Shown here one piece after another: positions 63,037 to 64,000 of a stretch of DNA of 64,000 nt (position 1 is its first letter; each line of letters opens with the position of its first letter). The stretch lies in contig NC_047072.1 in assembly GCF_902459465.1 (NCBI RefSeq), forward strand, positions 16,740,001 to 16,804,000. The letters are read 5' to 3'. The translations under genes and the position numbers were made by a program. This DNA is from Asterias rubens (Eukaryota). The notes under the pieces were generated by a model. The model searched no databases. It saw only the letters and a list, made by a program, of their open reading frames with translations, and was not told where the DNA came from.

Positions 63037-64000
63037 CTGTCGCCATCTTGGTCTTGTTCTTCGTATCGGGTAACAATAATGAATGCTAATAATAAGTTTG
63101 CAAATAGGAACCAGACTATTTTGTTCGTCCAGCCTCGGTTCAGAAACATTCAATTTGATATCAATGGGAGAAATTCAAGATGGCTGCACCATGATGAAGG
63201 TCTATTGTCGACCAGTTGGCGATTTTGCCTGGTACCCATGATGTGTTTCATGCATAGGTATCCATGGAACATTGACTAGTGGTTAACTGTTGGTCGCTGA
63301 TCGAACTTGCCCATGTCTGATCAATGTACCCTTGTATATACCGGTATCCCGCAACTGGTTACCAATGTGAATATGGTGCACTCAAATAAAAACAAAGCAA
63401 CAAAATTAAAACAAACTAGAACATAATATCACATCGTTTGTGTTTTATAGAAATCCATTTTAGGATCTCAACCCCCCCCCCCCCCCCCCGCCCCACCAAA
63501 CAAACAATCACTATTTCTTTTAGCTAGATTAAAATGCACAATTTTAATGCATTCAAATTGCACATAATATTATATGAATGTTAAACATTTGTACATGTTA
63601 TCAAACTTCATAATAACACGGTTTTGAATCCAACTAAACTGTCCTATACAAAAAAAAAAGCAAATTAGACAAAAATATGCTAAATTGAATCAATGAAACA
63701 TCCATAAGCATAATCTAAAAATTGCAAGTTTGATAATGGAAACCAAATACAAATCTTAGGATATAAAACTTAAGACAATCGAAAAGTCATTATTATTTTC
63801 ATCAACTGAGTTTCAAGCAAAACTCTTGTCAATTAAATATTTAGGAGTGAAATAATTTTGATTTAGATAAGATTCAAGACAGCTAGGTTTTCTCACAATA
63901 AAAGCGGAATGGCAAAAAACCAGGGCCCAGATTCATGGCTCTGCTGTACCGCAGAATTCTGCGCTTACAATCACGATTCTGCACTTGACGTGTAAGCTTG

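Overview
AT-rich, repeat-dense animal genomic DNA with spliceosomal introns. It is probably a marine deuterostome such as a sea star; this is inferred from gene and repeat content, not proven. Recoverable genes: (1) a single-coding-exon PRSS23/PRSS35-like secreted protease homolog (-, 14531-15760) whose catalytic Ser is replaced by Ile. (2) A five-member tandem array (18.6-38.4 kb) of 4-exon genes encoding ~159-aa secreted NTF2/SnoaL-like (DUF4440-type) proteins, which the ORF track shows only as fragments. It has two near-identical copies (A, B), two diverged intact copies (D, E) and one copy (C) disrupted by a 5'-truncated Ingi/Vingi-like LINE with a 10-bp TSD inside exon 2. (3) A 4-exon SLC16/MCT-family transporter. 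(4) An intronless, divergent NAA80-like GNAT. (5) A reconstructed 6-exon gene (53016-59232) encoding two duplicated RHIM-like segments, a SAM domain and a full-length but degenerate LINE-type APE/EEP endonuclease domain, a candidate domesticated retrotransposon nuclease. The rest is MITEs (a TTAA-flanked family with roughly 20 copies or fragments), tRNA-derived SINEs, an internally deleted Tc1 element whose empty site is visible in the paralogous block, and 20-, 24-, 60- and 80-bp tandem repeats. Gene models and family assignments were made by eye, without database searches.
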